A stretch of DNA of 64,000 bases from Felis catus (lineage: Eukaryota): positions 124,250,001-124,314,000 of the forward strand of contig NC_058368.1 in NCBI RefSeq assembly GCF_018350175.1, read 5' to 3'. The notes under the pieces are model-generated. The model was not told the DNA's origin. It did no database searches and saw only the letters and a program-made list of their open reading frames with translations. A program made the position numbers and the translations under genes. Shown here one piece after another: positions 26,608-38,301 of this stretch. Position 1 is the stretch's first letter; every line of letters begins with the position of its first letter.

Positions 26608-27591
26608 CATCTGAAGCAGGCTCCAGACTCTGAGCTGTCAGCACAGAGCCCAATGTGGGGCTCAAACTCACAAACTGTGAGATCATGACCTGAATGGAAG
26701 TCAGGTGCTTAACCAACTGAGCCACCCAGGCTAGAATGGGGACATCCTAAATCAAGATCACATCTCCATCCCAAGCCCACTCTCCTACTGTATTTTCTTT
26801 CTCAATGAATGGCATTGCCATCCCTGTAGTTGCCCTAGTCAAAACCCTGATGGCATCCCTAGCCCTTCTCTGCCACATTCCCCATATCCAGTCAGTAAGG
26901 CCTATGACTTTTACTTCTACTTATTACTTTTATTTCAAATCGATTTCTTTCTATTTCAATTGTTCCGACATTTAGTTCAAGTTATTTTACCTCTCACCTG
27001 GTTAATCCAACAGTTTCCTAACTACTCCCTGCCTCCATCTTTGTCCCTTTCTTTCCATTCTTCTCATTGCAGCCAGTGCTCTTTCTAAGCATTCACATCA
27101 GAGCAAACAACTATTTTTCCCCACTTAACACTCCTTTGCTTGTGCCTCACTGCCCTTAAGACAAGGTCCAAATTTTTCCACATGGCCTTCAAGGACTTTG
27201 ATCTTGAGTTCCCTGCTTGCTTCTCTTGTCTCTGATCATCCTTACTACGACCCCATCATACTAAACTATTGCAGTGTTCTGTCTGTGCAGTTCCATGAAC
27301 TCTCTTTCCTTCTCCTGTTCCTGGCCAACTCTAGCTCATAATTAGATCCCAGGTTAGAGATATGAATCCTGCATTAAAGCCTTTTCTGATTTTTAGGTGC
27401 CTCTAGAGCCAATAGAATACCTCCCTCAAAAGTATTAATACACTATAGTCAGTGCCTTCTCCTTGCCTGTTTCCCTGGTAGTTATAAGCACCTTGAGGGC
27501 AAGACCATCTCTGGTCAACTACACAATTTCCAGTGTCCTACACTTCCAGTGTCCTATACAGTGCTGGCATAAATACTTGTTGAATAAATGA
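26140..27591 (+). mobile_element. LINE-2 3' fragment with SINE insertion
   Basis: ACTGCTTCTGTCAAGATCACAAATGATC...TCAATGAATGGCATTGCCATCC...ATAAATACTTGTTGAATAAATGA. Confidence 0.75.
26505..26731 (-). mobile_element. Can-SINE with 20-bp perfect TSD
   Basis: TAGAATGGGGACATCCTAAA at 26485-26504 and 26732-26751. Confidence 0.93.
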
Positions 27592-29263
27592 CAGTAATTC
27601 CAACCAATGTTTGTGGGCAAGAGTGGTTCAGTGACATGGCCTGTTCTGAGCACACTAACATTATTGTCCTCACATTCCTTTCGTCATCAAGAATAATATT
27701 CATTGAGTGCTCACTGTGTGTCATGCTATTTTCCAAGAGCAGGGGAAAAAAGCCAGACCACTTCCTTATTTATTCCATTGAAATGGTATTTAAATAAAGT
27801 CACTTTCATTTTTCTTTTATTTCAGTGGTGATTAAAACTGAGATCATTCTTGTAGGGGCTGCTGTATAAAAGCCCAAAGAACTAATCATTGGCCTTAAGC
27901 AACACTGACTTCAGGGGGTAGATTTCTTAGTTATCCATGATATATTTTGACCATATGCATCTAACCATTCATTAGAAGACTAAAAATGTTTAAGGTCAAA
28001 TCATCACCACTTAAAAACATACTTACTTGTTCAGGGATTGTTTTCCAACTGGTTGAACTGGACCACATGTTTATCATCTCTAATTAATTCCCATAATTAA
28101 ATAATTGACAAACTAAAGCCATCTTTTGGTTTGCTTATAGAAATGCAATTGTTAATATATGTTGATATTAATGGCTAATATTAGCAATTAATTGCTAATA
28201 TGAGGAAAAGGAGGTCACTGTAGGGCACAACAAAGTCACTATTTCTGAGTTAGTGGAATTTTTGACGATTTCCTAGAGCAAACAAATGTTTATATGTCTG
28301 ACATTTTGAGCATATCTGGCAGAGGCTATAAATAATATTGCAACTTATGTATCCGACATTTGGCATTGCCATCTCCAGAGATTCTGCCCACATTTGTTAT
28401 CAGTTTGCAAAGACCTAACAGGAAGAGCCAGACATTCCTGGATTAAATTATTCCATTTCATCTTCACAGAGAAGAAACTGTAGCATTTTCATGTGACTGG
28501 GCAGGAAAGGTGCTGCCTTAGTCCACTTGGGCTGCTATACCAAGTATCATAGACTGGGTGGCTTCTATTTCTTACACTTTCTCAGTCTGAATAGACTAAG
28601 ACAAATGGATCTTGCCCAAGAGAACTTCCTAGAGAGGGGACCCCAAAAGAATGGTGGGCAGTTAGTATCATGGGGCTGGTAGGAAGACATAAGCTGCTGG
28701 CCAGAGGAGAGCTGTTCTCACCAAGAGAGACCAAGTTAGATAAGCTAGAAGCAGTCCCACTGGAGAGAGGCAGCTATGTCACAGCTAGCACCCCAGGGAG
28801 GGAGGAGGGAGGCAGAGGCCAGAGCACAGCCTTGAGGATGCATCTTTGCTCCCTCATCCCCTCTCTCCACAGGGTGGCCCTGAGGGGTCTAACACATGTG
28901 CCAGGAAATTGGAGAAGAGGTAGATAAAGAAGGGAAGAGGAAGCTAACAACACATCATGGCAGACTCCAAGCCTGAAGCCAATGTAAGCTACAAGTTTAG
29001 AGGAGAATTAGATTGGAGTTGAGATGTTAAACTGTTCTGCACTTTTAAAATGAAAGACTGTTCTTGGGCCTGAAAAGGCCCCAGGTTCTATGGGACCTGC
29101 CTGAGATTTTATCTAGGACCTGGAAAAATGGTCTCTGCTTACTACGGAGTGGTGGGCAACACTAAAACTGCTTTCATGTGCACAGTTTATTGAGACTGAC
29201 TTCTGAAAAGAAATGAGTCACATATACATTTTGGAATGTTTGCTAAAAAAATTCTATGGCTTC

Positions 29264-29484
29264 TTTTTTTTAAATTTAAAAAAATTTTTTTAAGTTCATT
29301 TATTTTCAAGAGATAGAGAGCATGAGCAGGGAGGTGCAGAGAGAGAGGGAAACATAATCCGAAGCAGGCTCCAGGCTCCAAGTTGTCAGCACAGAACCCC
29401 ATGTGGGGTCTGAACTCATGAACGGTGAGATCATGACCTGAGCCAAAGTCAGACGCTCAACCAATTGAGCCACCCAAGCGTCCT
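29264..29484 (-). mobile_element. Can-SINE
   Basis: Antisense SINE body with T-tail. Confidence 0.9.
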
Positions 29485-29735
29485 GACTTCTTTTTTGTGT
29501 ATATGGGTATGTACATACACATATAACATATATACAGAATCATGGACTTTTACAGTTGGAAGGATACTTAAAGATGTTCTAGTCCAACATGCTCATTTCA
29601 CAAACGAGGAAAATTCAGTTTCTTTAAAATCTCTTTCAGTCCCAAAGTTCTGTGATTTTGCAATATTGACAGCTGCTCATAGAAGATATTGAAATAAACC
29701 ACACTTTTCTCTAACAGATATGCACTCGACTTTTA

Positions 29736-29957
29736 TTTTTTTTAATTTTTTTTTAACATTTATTCATTTTTGAGACAGAGAGAGACAGAGCATGAACGGG
29801 GGAAGGTCAGAGAGAGAGGGAGACACAGAATCCGAAACAGGCTCCAGGCTCTGAGCTGTCAGCACAGAGCCCGACGCGGGGCTCGAACTCACAGACCGTG
29901 AGATCATGACCTGAGCCGAAGTCGGACGTCCAACCGACTGAGCCACCCAGGTGCCCC
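29736..29957 (-). mobile_element. Young SINEC_Fc
   Basis: CpG-rich near-consensus; TSD TGCACTCGACTTTTA at 29721-29735 and 29958-29972. Confidence 0.95.
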
Positions 29958-31886
29958 TGCACTCGACTTTTAAAACAGAGCCAAGTAACCTGTGATGTCA
30001 GAAAGGCACTCTGAATACCAGTTGGTTCATTGCTTCTGCAGGAAGCTTGCCTTTTTTTTTTTTAATAGATGGGGGATCTGTCAACCTAAATAACTGCAAT
30101 ATTTAACTAAGAGCCAAGCCTCCAAGTCCAAAAACAGAGTCCAAATTTGCCCTTGTTTTAGATGAAATCATTTCTATTCACCTTCAGAGAACCTTTCAGT
30201 CCTACCTGTCCAGAGATTTATGCATATAGGCTTACAAGATGTCAGTCTTTCCAAAAAACCTTGGTTCTGCACCCCTGAGCTTTCCCCCTACCCCGATGGC
30301 AGAGGCAAAGGTAGAAGGAAGTTTCAAAGATCTTCAGGCAGGGAAACAGAAGAGTAGGCAATGATCACAGTCCATTAATTTCATTCCTTCTGAGTTCTTG
30401 TACCACTCATGAGCCTACCATGTGAACCTCCAGGGAGTGGTCCCGCCATCTTCTAGGACCTCAGAGTTCTCCATTGGGGTCTCTGCATCTTATTCGTGGT
30501 GAAGGAACAGAGAGAGCATGAATGGCTCTAGACCTGTTAGGGAGGTCAGACACATCACAGCCACTCACATTCAAAATCAGCCCATGCCTCACCTGCTGTA
30601 ACAGCCTGGGAAATGTAGTTTTGACATGTGCGCAGGAAAAAAGGACATGATGGTGTTGGTGGCCATCGGTGGTCTCAGCAGCAGCCTGATATCTCTGTGC
30701 CTGATATCTCTGTGGGGGATCAGTGTGTGCAGGGACTATGCCCCAAATGGCTAGGCAGGGAGCCTGGCCCTGCCACATGGAGCTGTAAGGCACAGTGATG
30801 GTACTTAGCTCGTAGGACTGTTGTGAGGTTACACAAGAGGACTCTTCAGAGTTCTAAATTTAGAACAATGGCTGCTCAGAGTAAACGACTGAGGAATAAT
30901 AGCTATTTTTGAATGGAAAGCACCTCATCAGGTCTGACAAAAGAACATTAGAGGCTATTGTTTCTCCTTTCTCTTATTTATGGCTTCAACTAAAAATGTT
31001 ATTTTCTAATGTTTGAGGTCCTTCAATGCCTTCCACCTGCTTCTCCTTTTCTTTCCAGCTTTCTTCTTTGCTGCAGCTTTGGATGGCTGTTTCCTTTCCG
31101 GATTTTTATTTCCTCCATCACGCACCCTCTGGCTGTAAAAGTCTCCTTTGCTTATGCTCTGTCCTGTGGCCTCCAGTTCCTTCCCCACCATCGAATACCT
31201 CCTGAAAACTTCCTCTTAATGAAACCTTCTCTTTATTGCCCATTTAAAGATTGTTTCTAAATTAAGTGGAGTGCTCCCTTCTGGTTTTCTACTTTTCTCC
31301 CTGTATATTTTATCAATTCTCACAGGAAATAAAACCCAGGAGAAACAGAGCTATTAGCAGCAGCAATACCAGTAATTGGCAATCAGATTTTATGGAGTTT
31401 CTTGGATACTGATGGAACAAAGTCAGAAAATAGAACCCATCTATGTCACTGCTTTACCCATGTAATCCAACCTGGAGAATTTTGGTTGGCATCCTCATCG
31501 ACAATGAGCTTTACAAAAGGAGGCGTTTTGTTTTATTCCAACTGTAGCTTCCTCACCCTCGAACAATGTACATGATGGGTATTCACAACTTTTTTGCTAA
31601 AATAATCTTCAATTGGAGAAGGGAGAGTTAACAGCAGAAAGTGGTACATGAAAACAAGGTAATATTTATTAAAAACTACTTAGTTTCTTCTGATATTCCC
31701 TACCACAACTTTTTAAGGAATTTTTAATTATAAGATTAAAGTCATTATGAAGAAGTATTCTTCTTACAATCAAAAAGTGTATTTACAGTGTTAGAAGGGC
31801 TAGCACATTTCATAAAAATGTTGGTCTTAGGGTCTAAGTGGCCATTCTTCATCACATTATTTTCTCTTAGAAACTGTTAATAAGAT

Positions 31887-32006
31887 GGAGCCCCTGGGTG
31901 GCTCAGTCCATTAAGCGTCTGACTTCGGTTCAGGTCTGATCTTACTGTTCATGATTTTTAGCCCCGCAGTGGGGCTCTGTGCTGATAGCTTGGAGCCTGC
32001 TTCAGA

Positions 32007-32044
<38 letters not shown>

Positions 32045-32073
32045 AATAAATAAACATTAAATTTTTTTTTTAA
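31887..32073 (+). mobile_element. Can-SINE
   Basis: TSD AAACTGTTAATAAGA. Confidence 0.9.
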
Positions 32074-34073
32074 AAACTGTTAATAAGACACCCTTTCCAG
32101 ATTCAGTTTAAGTGAAAGAAGGCATTTACCCCTATGTTCTTGACAGTGAAATTTTAAGGTAATTAAAAAACTCAGAGCAAAGCATTATGTCCTGTTAAGT
32201 TAAGCCTTATTTTAAAATGGTTTGCACAGATACCTTTCAATTGTTGAAGATAAAACACACATAGAAGCTTCCTGACATTTTGTTCTAAGCTTCTTTTCTC
32301 GTAAGAACCAGTATTACATTGAAAACACAGAAGAGACAGATGATTTTTAACTTTATGCTTTAATGTCTGCACGTGCACATATTTAGGTCTATGCTACTCA
32401 AAGCCAATTCTCTATCATCAGGGGACTGCTTTGAAAGTTGACAGATCCTGCAGGCCTCTTTCCCTCCTTCTCATTCTTCCAGAGTTCATAAGCATACCCA
32501 CAGATGGGCTAAGAGGTTAAGAAAAATGGAATCAGAGAAATCGGTTTGTTTTGCTTCTTGTGTGCAGCTGTGTTGAAAAGGTTTGTGTGAAGAGAGAGAA
32601 GGTAATAGATAATCCATTAAAAGAGCTGTGCCTCAGGAATACCAGAAACACCTCTCTACTTTTTGCTGCATTAAGTACCTCTGATCCTCCTGTCCCTCCA
32701 CCCTGAGAAACTCTCATCTTGGCCCCTGGGTTGGGCTGAGAATGGCAGGGGCTGGGACTGGTGAAAGCATTAGTTTCAGTGTCCCCCCCCCCCCCCCCAT
32801 CATCTTCACACTTCCTACAGAGTCACAGAAGTTGGCTCTCTTTTCCTGAATAGATCTACTGATGAGGAAATACGGTCAAATTAGCAAGAAGTATCATTTT
32901 GAGAAAGAAATACTCAGCAATGCCAACGCTTTTGAGAATGGAGCAACTTTGTCAAATACGTAAATTGGTTTTTTCTTCTGCTGAACCAGTGAGGTTACCA
33001 CTTTATAAGAACTAGTCCAGATTTCCTCATACTCTGACCCTATACCAGCTACAAAAAGACCCTGGCTTTCATCTTCAGGATCTCTAAGAGGTCCAATGTC
33101 AACACTCTGGATTATCATTTCAATTTGAATTCAAGTTTGTTCATGTCTAGAGTTTTGTTTTTGATTTTTTTTAAGTTCTGAGATTGTAAATCTGGGGACT
33201 CTGTAATTTAGCATGGAAGAATAAAAGTAGCTTCAGTAGAGAGAGGGACGAGTCTCCGGAGGCTGTCTTGTGTAGTGCCCAAAGAGGCAGAGCTCTGTTT
33301 CTACAGATGCCAGTGGTCAGACATGCTCGTGCTCACATGTTAGCCTTTCTCCAGGTCCGACCTGCCTCAGGATGGTGGAAAACACAGCACATTCACCTGT
33401 CACCCAACCACCATTGTGGTTCCTAGGCTTCATCTCTCAGCTTGACTGGTGAGAGGGTTGGCAGTGTTTTGCTCCTGGGCTTAGTTCCAGCTGCTGGTTT
33501 GGACCATGGCTCTGTGACGGACTACTCCCTGGCTGCAGCCCTCACTTTTCATAGTTACTGGGGCCTTGGACAAGTGGTTACTGACTATGTTCGAGGGGAT
33601 GCTTGGCAGAAGGCTGCCAAGGCAGGTGTTTTGGCATTCTTGGCTTTAACCTTTGCTGGGCTTTGTTATTTCAGCTTTTATCCTATGGGCATCTGCAAAT
33701 CTGTTGCCATGATGTGGAAGCTCTGACCTCTTTGACCTAATACCTTGAGAATGGACTGTACACCTCTTTTCCTCTGCTCTGTTAAGCCATTTAACTCACA
33801 ATAAGGAGGAAATAACAGTTAAGCCCACTGGTGAGACAAATCTCTTCTCAACACCTGGTTATTTTTAGAATTTAGTCTTTGAGGAAAAAGTGTGAGAGGA
33901 ATTGTATCCAAGAAATCTGGAGACTGAGTTCCATTGTATAACTAAGCATTATATATGAGCTTTTCCCTTTTAGTTTATCCTAAAGGGAATTCCGCTTTGT
34001 TCTATCAATACCTGATCAAACTTCTGTATTTGTCCTGGGAATGATGGAGAAAGGGAAAGATTGTTACTTTCTT

Positions 34074-34263
34074 TAAATGTTTTTTTTTTTTTTAATTTAT
34101 TTTGAGGGGTTGGGAGGGACAGGGAGGAGAGAGACAATCCTAAGCAGGCTCCATGCTGTCATTGCAGAGCCCAATGCAGGGCTTGATCTCACAAACGGTG
34201 AGATCATGACCTGAACCAAAATCAAGAGTCAGATGTTTACCAACTGAGCCACCCAGGCACCCC
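34074..34263 (-). mobile_element. Can-SINE in SDHD retrocopy 3'UTR
   Basis: TSD AAAGA(T/C)TGTTACTT. Confidence 0.9.
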
Positions 34264-34402
34264 AAAGACTGTTACTTCTTAAGTAAAGACTTCCCCAAAA
34301 TTAGTCAGTGTTCAATTTTTGAAAACTTGCCTCTCTGTTCATTCAATACCAGTAACTGATGGTTACATGTTCTATGGAAACTTTAAAAAATCAGGATATA
34401 CT

Positions 34403-34630
34403 GGGGCACCTGGGTGGCTCAGTCAGTTAAGCATCTGACTTAGGCTCAGGTCACTTTCTCACAATTCCTGGGTTCCAGCCCCACATTGGGTTCTGTGATA
34501 ACAGCTCAGAGCCTGGAGCCTGCTTCAGATTCTTTGTCTCCCTCTCTCTGACCTTCCCTCTCCTTGCTTGAGCTCTGTCTCTGTTTCTCAAAAATAAAGA
34601 AACCTAAAAAAATTTTTTTAAATAAAAATT
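34403..34630 (+). mobile_element. Can-SINE in SDHD retrocopy 3'UTR
   Basis: SINE head at 34403; AGGA(T/C)ATACT duplication. Confidence 0.9.
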
Positions 34631-34670
34631 AAAAAATAGGACATACTGTTATTTCACATTACTAATTTCT

Positions 34671-34877
34671 TTCTTTTTTTATTTTTGAGAGGCAGAGGGT
34701 ACAAGTGAGGAAAGGCAAAGAGAGAGAGAGAGAGTGGGAGGGAGAGACAAGGAGAGAAAGGGGACTCACCTGAGGTGGGGCTCATGTTCACCCAATATGG
34801 TACTCAAACTCATGAACTGTGAGATCATTACCTGAGCTGAAGTCAGATGCTTAACTGACTGAGCCACCTGGGGGCCC
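34671..34877 (-). mobile_element. Can-SINE (reiterated B-box variant) in SDHD retrocopy 3'UTR
   Basis: CACATT.CT.ATTTCT duplication at 34655 and 34879. Confidence 0.85.
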
Positions 34878-35283
34878 ACACATTGCTCATTTCTAACTCC
34901 TGGGAAGAAGAGCCTGAAGAGCTTCTGAAGTGTAGAGAAATCCCGTGTAGGGAAGAGGTCCCCTTAGAGATGTCTCAAAAAAATTACAGATTCTACTGGG
35001 GACTTAATCCTCCTAATATATTTATTGTACTTACCCTAAATGTATCCTTATGTATTTATTTTACCTGTCCTAAAATCTCTGTCCACAAATATAACACTGT
35101 AAGTAATAAAGCATTATTTTTCCCACTGTGGGAATCTCTAGTGTGAAAACATAGTTTATGAAAATCAAGTTTTTTAAAACAATAAAATACTATACAATAA
35201 AAAAGAATAAAAGTAGAGAAATAATTTAAGAGTTAACATTTGGTTCTACTTGTGAAAATCCTTAAAGGAAACCTGATTTCAAG

Positions 35284-35940
35284 TGTAGTCAGGAAACCCT
35301 GAAGGGGGAGCTGTCATACTCTACCACTTGCCCTTGTTTGTAGAGCCCACCAAGAAGAAGCACAGCTCAAATGTCCCAGTAGGAAGAGGTTTACTTTACT
35401 ACCCGCAGTGGGTAGCAAGTTTTCTCCTTGCCCAGGAACAATCCAGCCAATGACAACTGCAGCAACTCAGCCAATGAGAAGTTGTCACAACCCCAAACTC
35501 TTGTTTTCTTCCAAAAGACTTCAGTTCCAGGGCGCCTGGGTGGCGCAGTCGGTTGAGCGTCCGACTTCAGCCAGGTCACGATCTCGCGGTCTGGGAGTTC
35601 GAGCCCCACGTCAGGCTCTGGGCTGATGGCTCAGAGCCTGGAGCCTGTTTCCGATTCTGTGTCTCCCTCTCTCTCTGCCCCTCCCCCGTTCATGCTCTGT
35701 CTCTCTCTGTCCCAAAAATAAATAAACGTTGAAAAAAAAAATAAAAAAAAAAAAAAAGACTTCAGTTCCCAGCAGCCCTTGCCAACACCTTTCTTTCCCC
35801 TACAAAAGGCCACTCCTCTCCTTAGTACTCTGGACTTGCCTATGGTTGCTGTGGTTTGCATGTCAGGAATTGCAATTCTTCTATTCCCCAAATAAACTCC
35901 TTTTGCTGGTTAACTGGCTAGTTTATTTTTAAGTTTCACA
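35284..35940 (+). mobile_element. ERV1-like solo LTR (MER34-like) split by a SINE
   Basis: TG...CA ends, two CAGCCAATGA boxes, AATAAAC near 35890. Confidence 0.55.
35529..35753 (+). mobile_element. Very young SINEC_Fc
   Basis: CpG-intact body, long A-tail, perfect TSD AAAAGACTTCAGTTCC at 35513-35528 and 35754-35769. Confidence 0.95.
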
Positions 35941-36779
35941 TATTAAGGGATAATCTATTGGTTTCAAATGACCAAAACAGAGAGCATACCGTTTAAATGA
36001 CTTTTTTTCTTCTAATAAATACAGGAAAATCCTCACAACTTAACCTCATATAAATTTGTTGTACCCTTAATATTTTAAACATTATTTTTCCTACAGCATC
36101 TACCACAGGGCAGTGAAAACATGTTTGCTGACACAATGAACGACAGCATGAACGCATTACAATCAAATGCTTCAGAGCCAGAATGCACTAAAAACAGAGA
36201 ATAGGTGCTAGAAATGGAAATAATTTCCAGATCTGGACATTAGAATACTTAAGAAGTCTTCCTGCCCGAGTGATGTCAGAGTTCTTGGGTCACATGATTT
36301 AAACTAACCTTTTTCTTTACCAACAAACAGTGATTGGTTATATAACCAGCCAAGGAATTCAGACCCATACACATCCATTTCTGTACAAAAGATGTATGAT
36401 TTGCCTGGCTTATAAATATAAGGAGAATACCTCCTTGATTCCAGGAGAGTTGACCTAAGGAAAGGCACTGTCACATCCATTTCCTACCTACCATGATTAG
36501 TATTTATCTTTTGACTGGGAGGGCAGTTAAGGGGGAAAACATACATTTCTTGAGTATTAGAGGGTGTTGGGGTAACTCCAAGATCAGGCGTGAAATTAGA
36601 GTGCACTGCCTACATTACCACCAGGATACCTACCTTGAACAGAAAAACTGATTAAACTGAGCTGTGAGCTGTTAATAGGCTCACGGTAACACGAAGAAAC
36701 AGTGTTCATCCATGAATACTCATTAAGGTGTGATGTGGCTCATGATGTGCTCTAAGGGGAAATCCCATTCTGAGTACAG

Positions 36780-36790
36780 TGCTGAGTCAT
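36780..36790 (+). promoter_or_regulatory. MARE/ARE (NF-E2/NRF2/BACH1) consensus motif
   Basis: TGCTGAGTCAT; motif match only. Confidence 0.35.
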
Positions 36791-36942
36791 GCATACACGT
36801 ATTATATGGGTTTCCTTAACCCTTGGATTATATTCTATCCCATGAAACATCACAATTTAATACAGTAAAACCTAGGCATGATTCCTGTGCCCCAGCATCA
36901 GTGCTTGCAAAAGGATATGTCTTAACAATATTGCAATCTGCT

Positions 36943-37790
36943 GCACAGTTTCGGGTATCTGTCTCTTGCTTCAACCCTGCTTGGAAGGAACAGACCCCAG
37001 GAGGCCGCTTCCTCCAGTCTCCCACCACCCCGCAACCTCTTTTGCAGTCGCAACCTTCTGAACCACCTTCTCAGCCATCCTGTGCCTCCCCGAAGAGCCA
37101 ACACCGATTTCCGCACTTGGCCCCTTTCCTGTGCACCAGCACGAGCTCCCACATGCGTCAGAATTATGCCACCCGGGTGGCAGCCGCGTCCACCGCCTGG
37201 CCCACCTGCCTCTGCGCGTCTCCCGCACTCACCTCTGTCTGGGCCGCTGTTTCCACGGGGAGGACGTGGCTCTGTGGATGCAGGCCACGTTGTGAGCTGA
37301 GAAGCTCCAGGGTCCCCGCGTAGCTGGAACAGGCCAGCCAGGCGGGGCCGCAGCGCTTCTTCCAGGACGTGCAGGAGCCACGCACGTGAGCTGGATCGAC
37401 CTCGGGACGCCAAGGCAGCGGCCCCGGCCGGGAGGATCCCGAATCCCGTCCTGTGCGTCCGGGGACGTGGCCTCTGCCCGCACCCACCCACCCGCGTCTG
37501 CGGGCCACCTGCGGGACCTCGGCCAGCTGCGCAGGTGCCGCCCATCGCGAAGATGGACACCACCTGCCTGACCCCGTGGGCCGGCCCACCGGCGGGGCAG
37601 GGGGCACCTCCTCACCTGACTCCCCCCTCAGGCACCGCCTTTCTCCGAGGGGCCCCCTGGCTCTTCCCTGGTGTCAGAGCTTCTGCCTGAGCCTCTTCCT
37701 GAGGCCACCAGGCAGCCCTTCAACCACCCTGGAGCCCTCTCCCAAGCCATAGACCAAATGGAAACAATAAAGCTTTTGCAGCAGATAAAA
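36943..37790 (+). pseudogene. FTL: FTL (ferritin light chain) processed pseudogene, heavily GC-shifted
   Basis: IRE-like 5'UTR GTCTCTTGCTTCAA...TTGGAAGGAACAGA; ACGAGCTCCCACATGCGTCAGAATTAT at 37141 (= ATG AGC TCC CAG ATT CGT CAG AAT TAT, MSSQIRQNY); GACGTGGCTCTG (DVAL); TTCCAGGACGTGCAG (FQDVQ); 3'UTR GACCAAATGGAAACAATAAAGCTTTT; no introns; frameshifts and stops. Confidence 0.9.
36956..36995 (+). promoter_or_regulatory. Degenerate iron-responsive element (IRE) remnant of the FTL retrocopy
   Basis: Stem C-TTCAA/TTGGA retained but loop is CCCTGC (36975-36980) instead of CAGTGN. Confidence 0.8.
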
Positions 37791-37847
37791 TTAATTCAAA
37801 GAGTTCTTAAATCTGAAAGATTACCCCCCCCCCCCCAATGTTATACA

Positions 37848-37991
37848 CAGTGGTATGGTGGTAAACCAGATCTCAAATAAAAGAAAACCCTGATTTGTAG
37901 TGTTTTCCAGTTTCCATGGTGTAAATGTTTCCACCAGGGCCAATTTCAAGCCACCAATGGTGGCTGACAAGAACTGGCTCTAGCACATCCA
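37848..37991 (-). mobile_element. MER63A-like hAT MITE
   Basis: Reverse-complement similarity to 46803-46997. Confidence 0.6.
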
Positions 37992-38301
37992 AGGAAGCAA
38001 AATCTTACTCACTGTATAAGCCTTTGTTAGAATAGTACAAAAGCCTTTTGAAACTTTGACTCTTCATCCTGCCCGGGTAGAATGTGGCAATGGGGAGGTG
38101 ATGCTCCCCAATCTCACTGCTATGGAAACTGAATGGGCTAGCTCTCAGGAACTAGAGAGTCAAAGGAGGGGAAATTCTTTAAATCTTTTCCTTTTTTAAA
38201 TTTGCATTTACATTTTTTCCTTCCCCAAAGTCACTTGTTCAGAGACCACTGGGGTAGATATCTTAGAGTTAGCTGCGTTGACACATGAGAACATTGCCTT
38301 G

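Larger units (their letters stand above)
33231..35202 (+). pseudogene. SDHD: SDHD processed pseudogene (degenerate CDS ~33248-33726 plus whole 3'UTR, interrupted by three SINEs)
   Basis: Intronless ...[15 protein letters not shown]...[27 protein letters not shown]...[11 protein letters not shown]; upstream [10 protein letters not shown] followed by in-frame TAG at 33424; SDHD-like 3'UTR to AATAAA/A-tail near 35200; TSD AAGAATAAAAGTAG at 33217-33230 and 35203-35216. Confidence 0.95.

Noticed and set aside
29764..29946. Recurrent MAQSV...SQK ORFs (also 10189, 26519, 40081, 46153 and others)
   Set aside because: Translations of Can-SINE consensus, not genes; the tRNA-like heads are SINE promoters, not tRNA genes.
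30684..30713. 15-bp tandem duplication GCCTGATATCTCTGT x2
   Set aside because: Ordinary slippage duplication; no sign of function.
33442..33726. 94-aa SDHD-like ORF as a functional gene
   Set aside because: TTG start, upstream in-frame TAG, degenerate N-terminus, intronless with TSD: processed pseudogene.
36823..37752. Overlapping long ORFs on both strands (166, 213, 147, 128 aa)
   Set aside because: By-product of extreme GC content (few stop codons) in the frameshifted FTL retrocopy; only MRQNY is recognisable.
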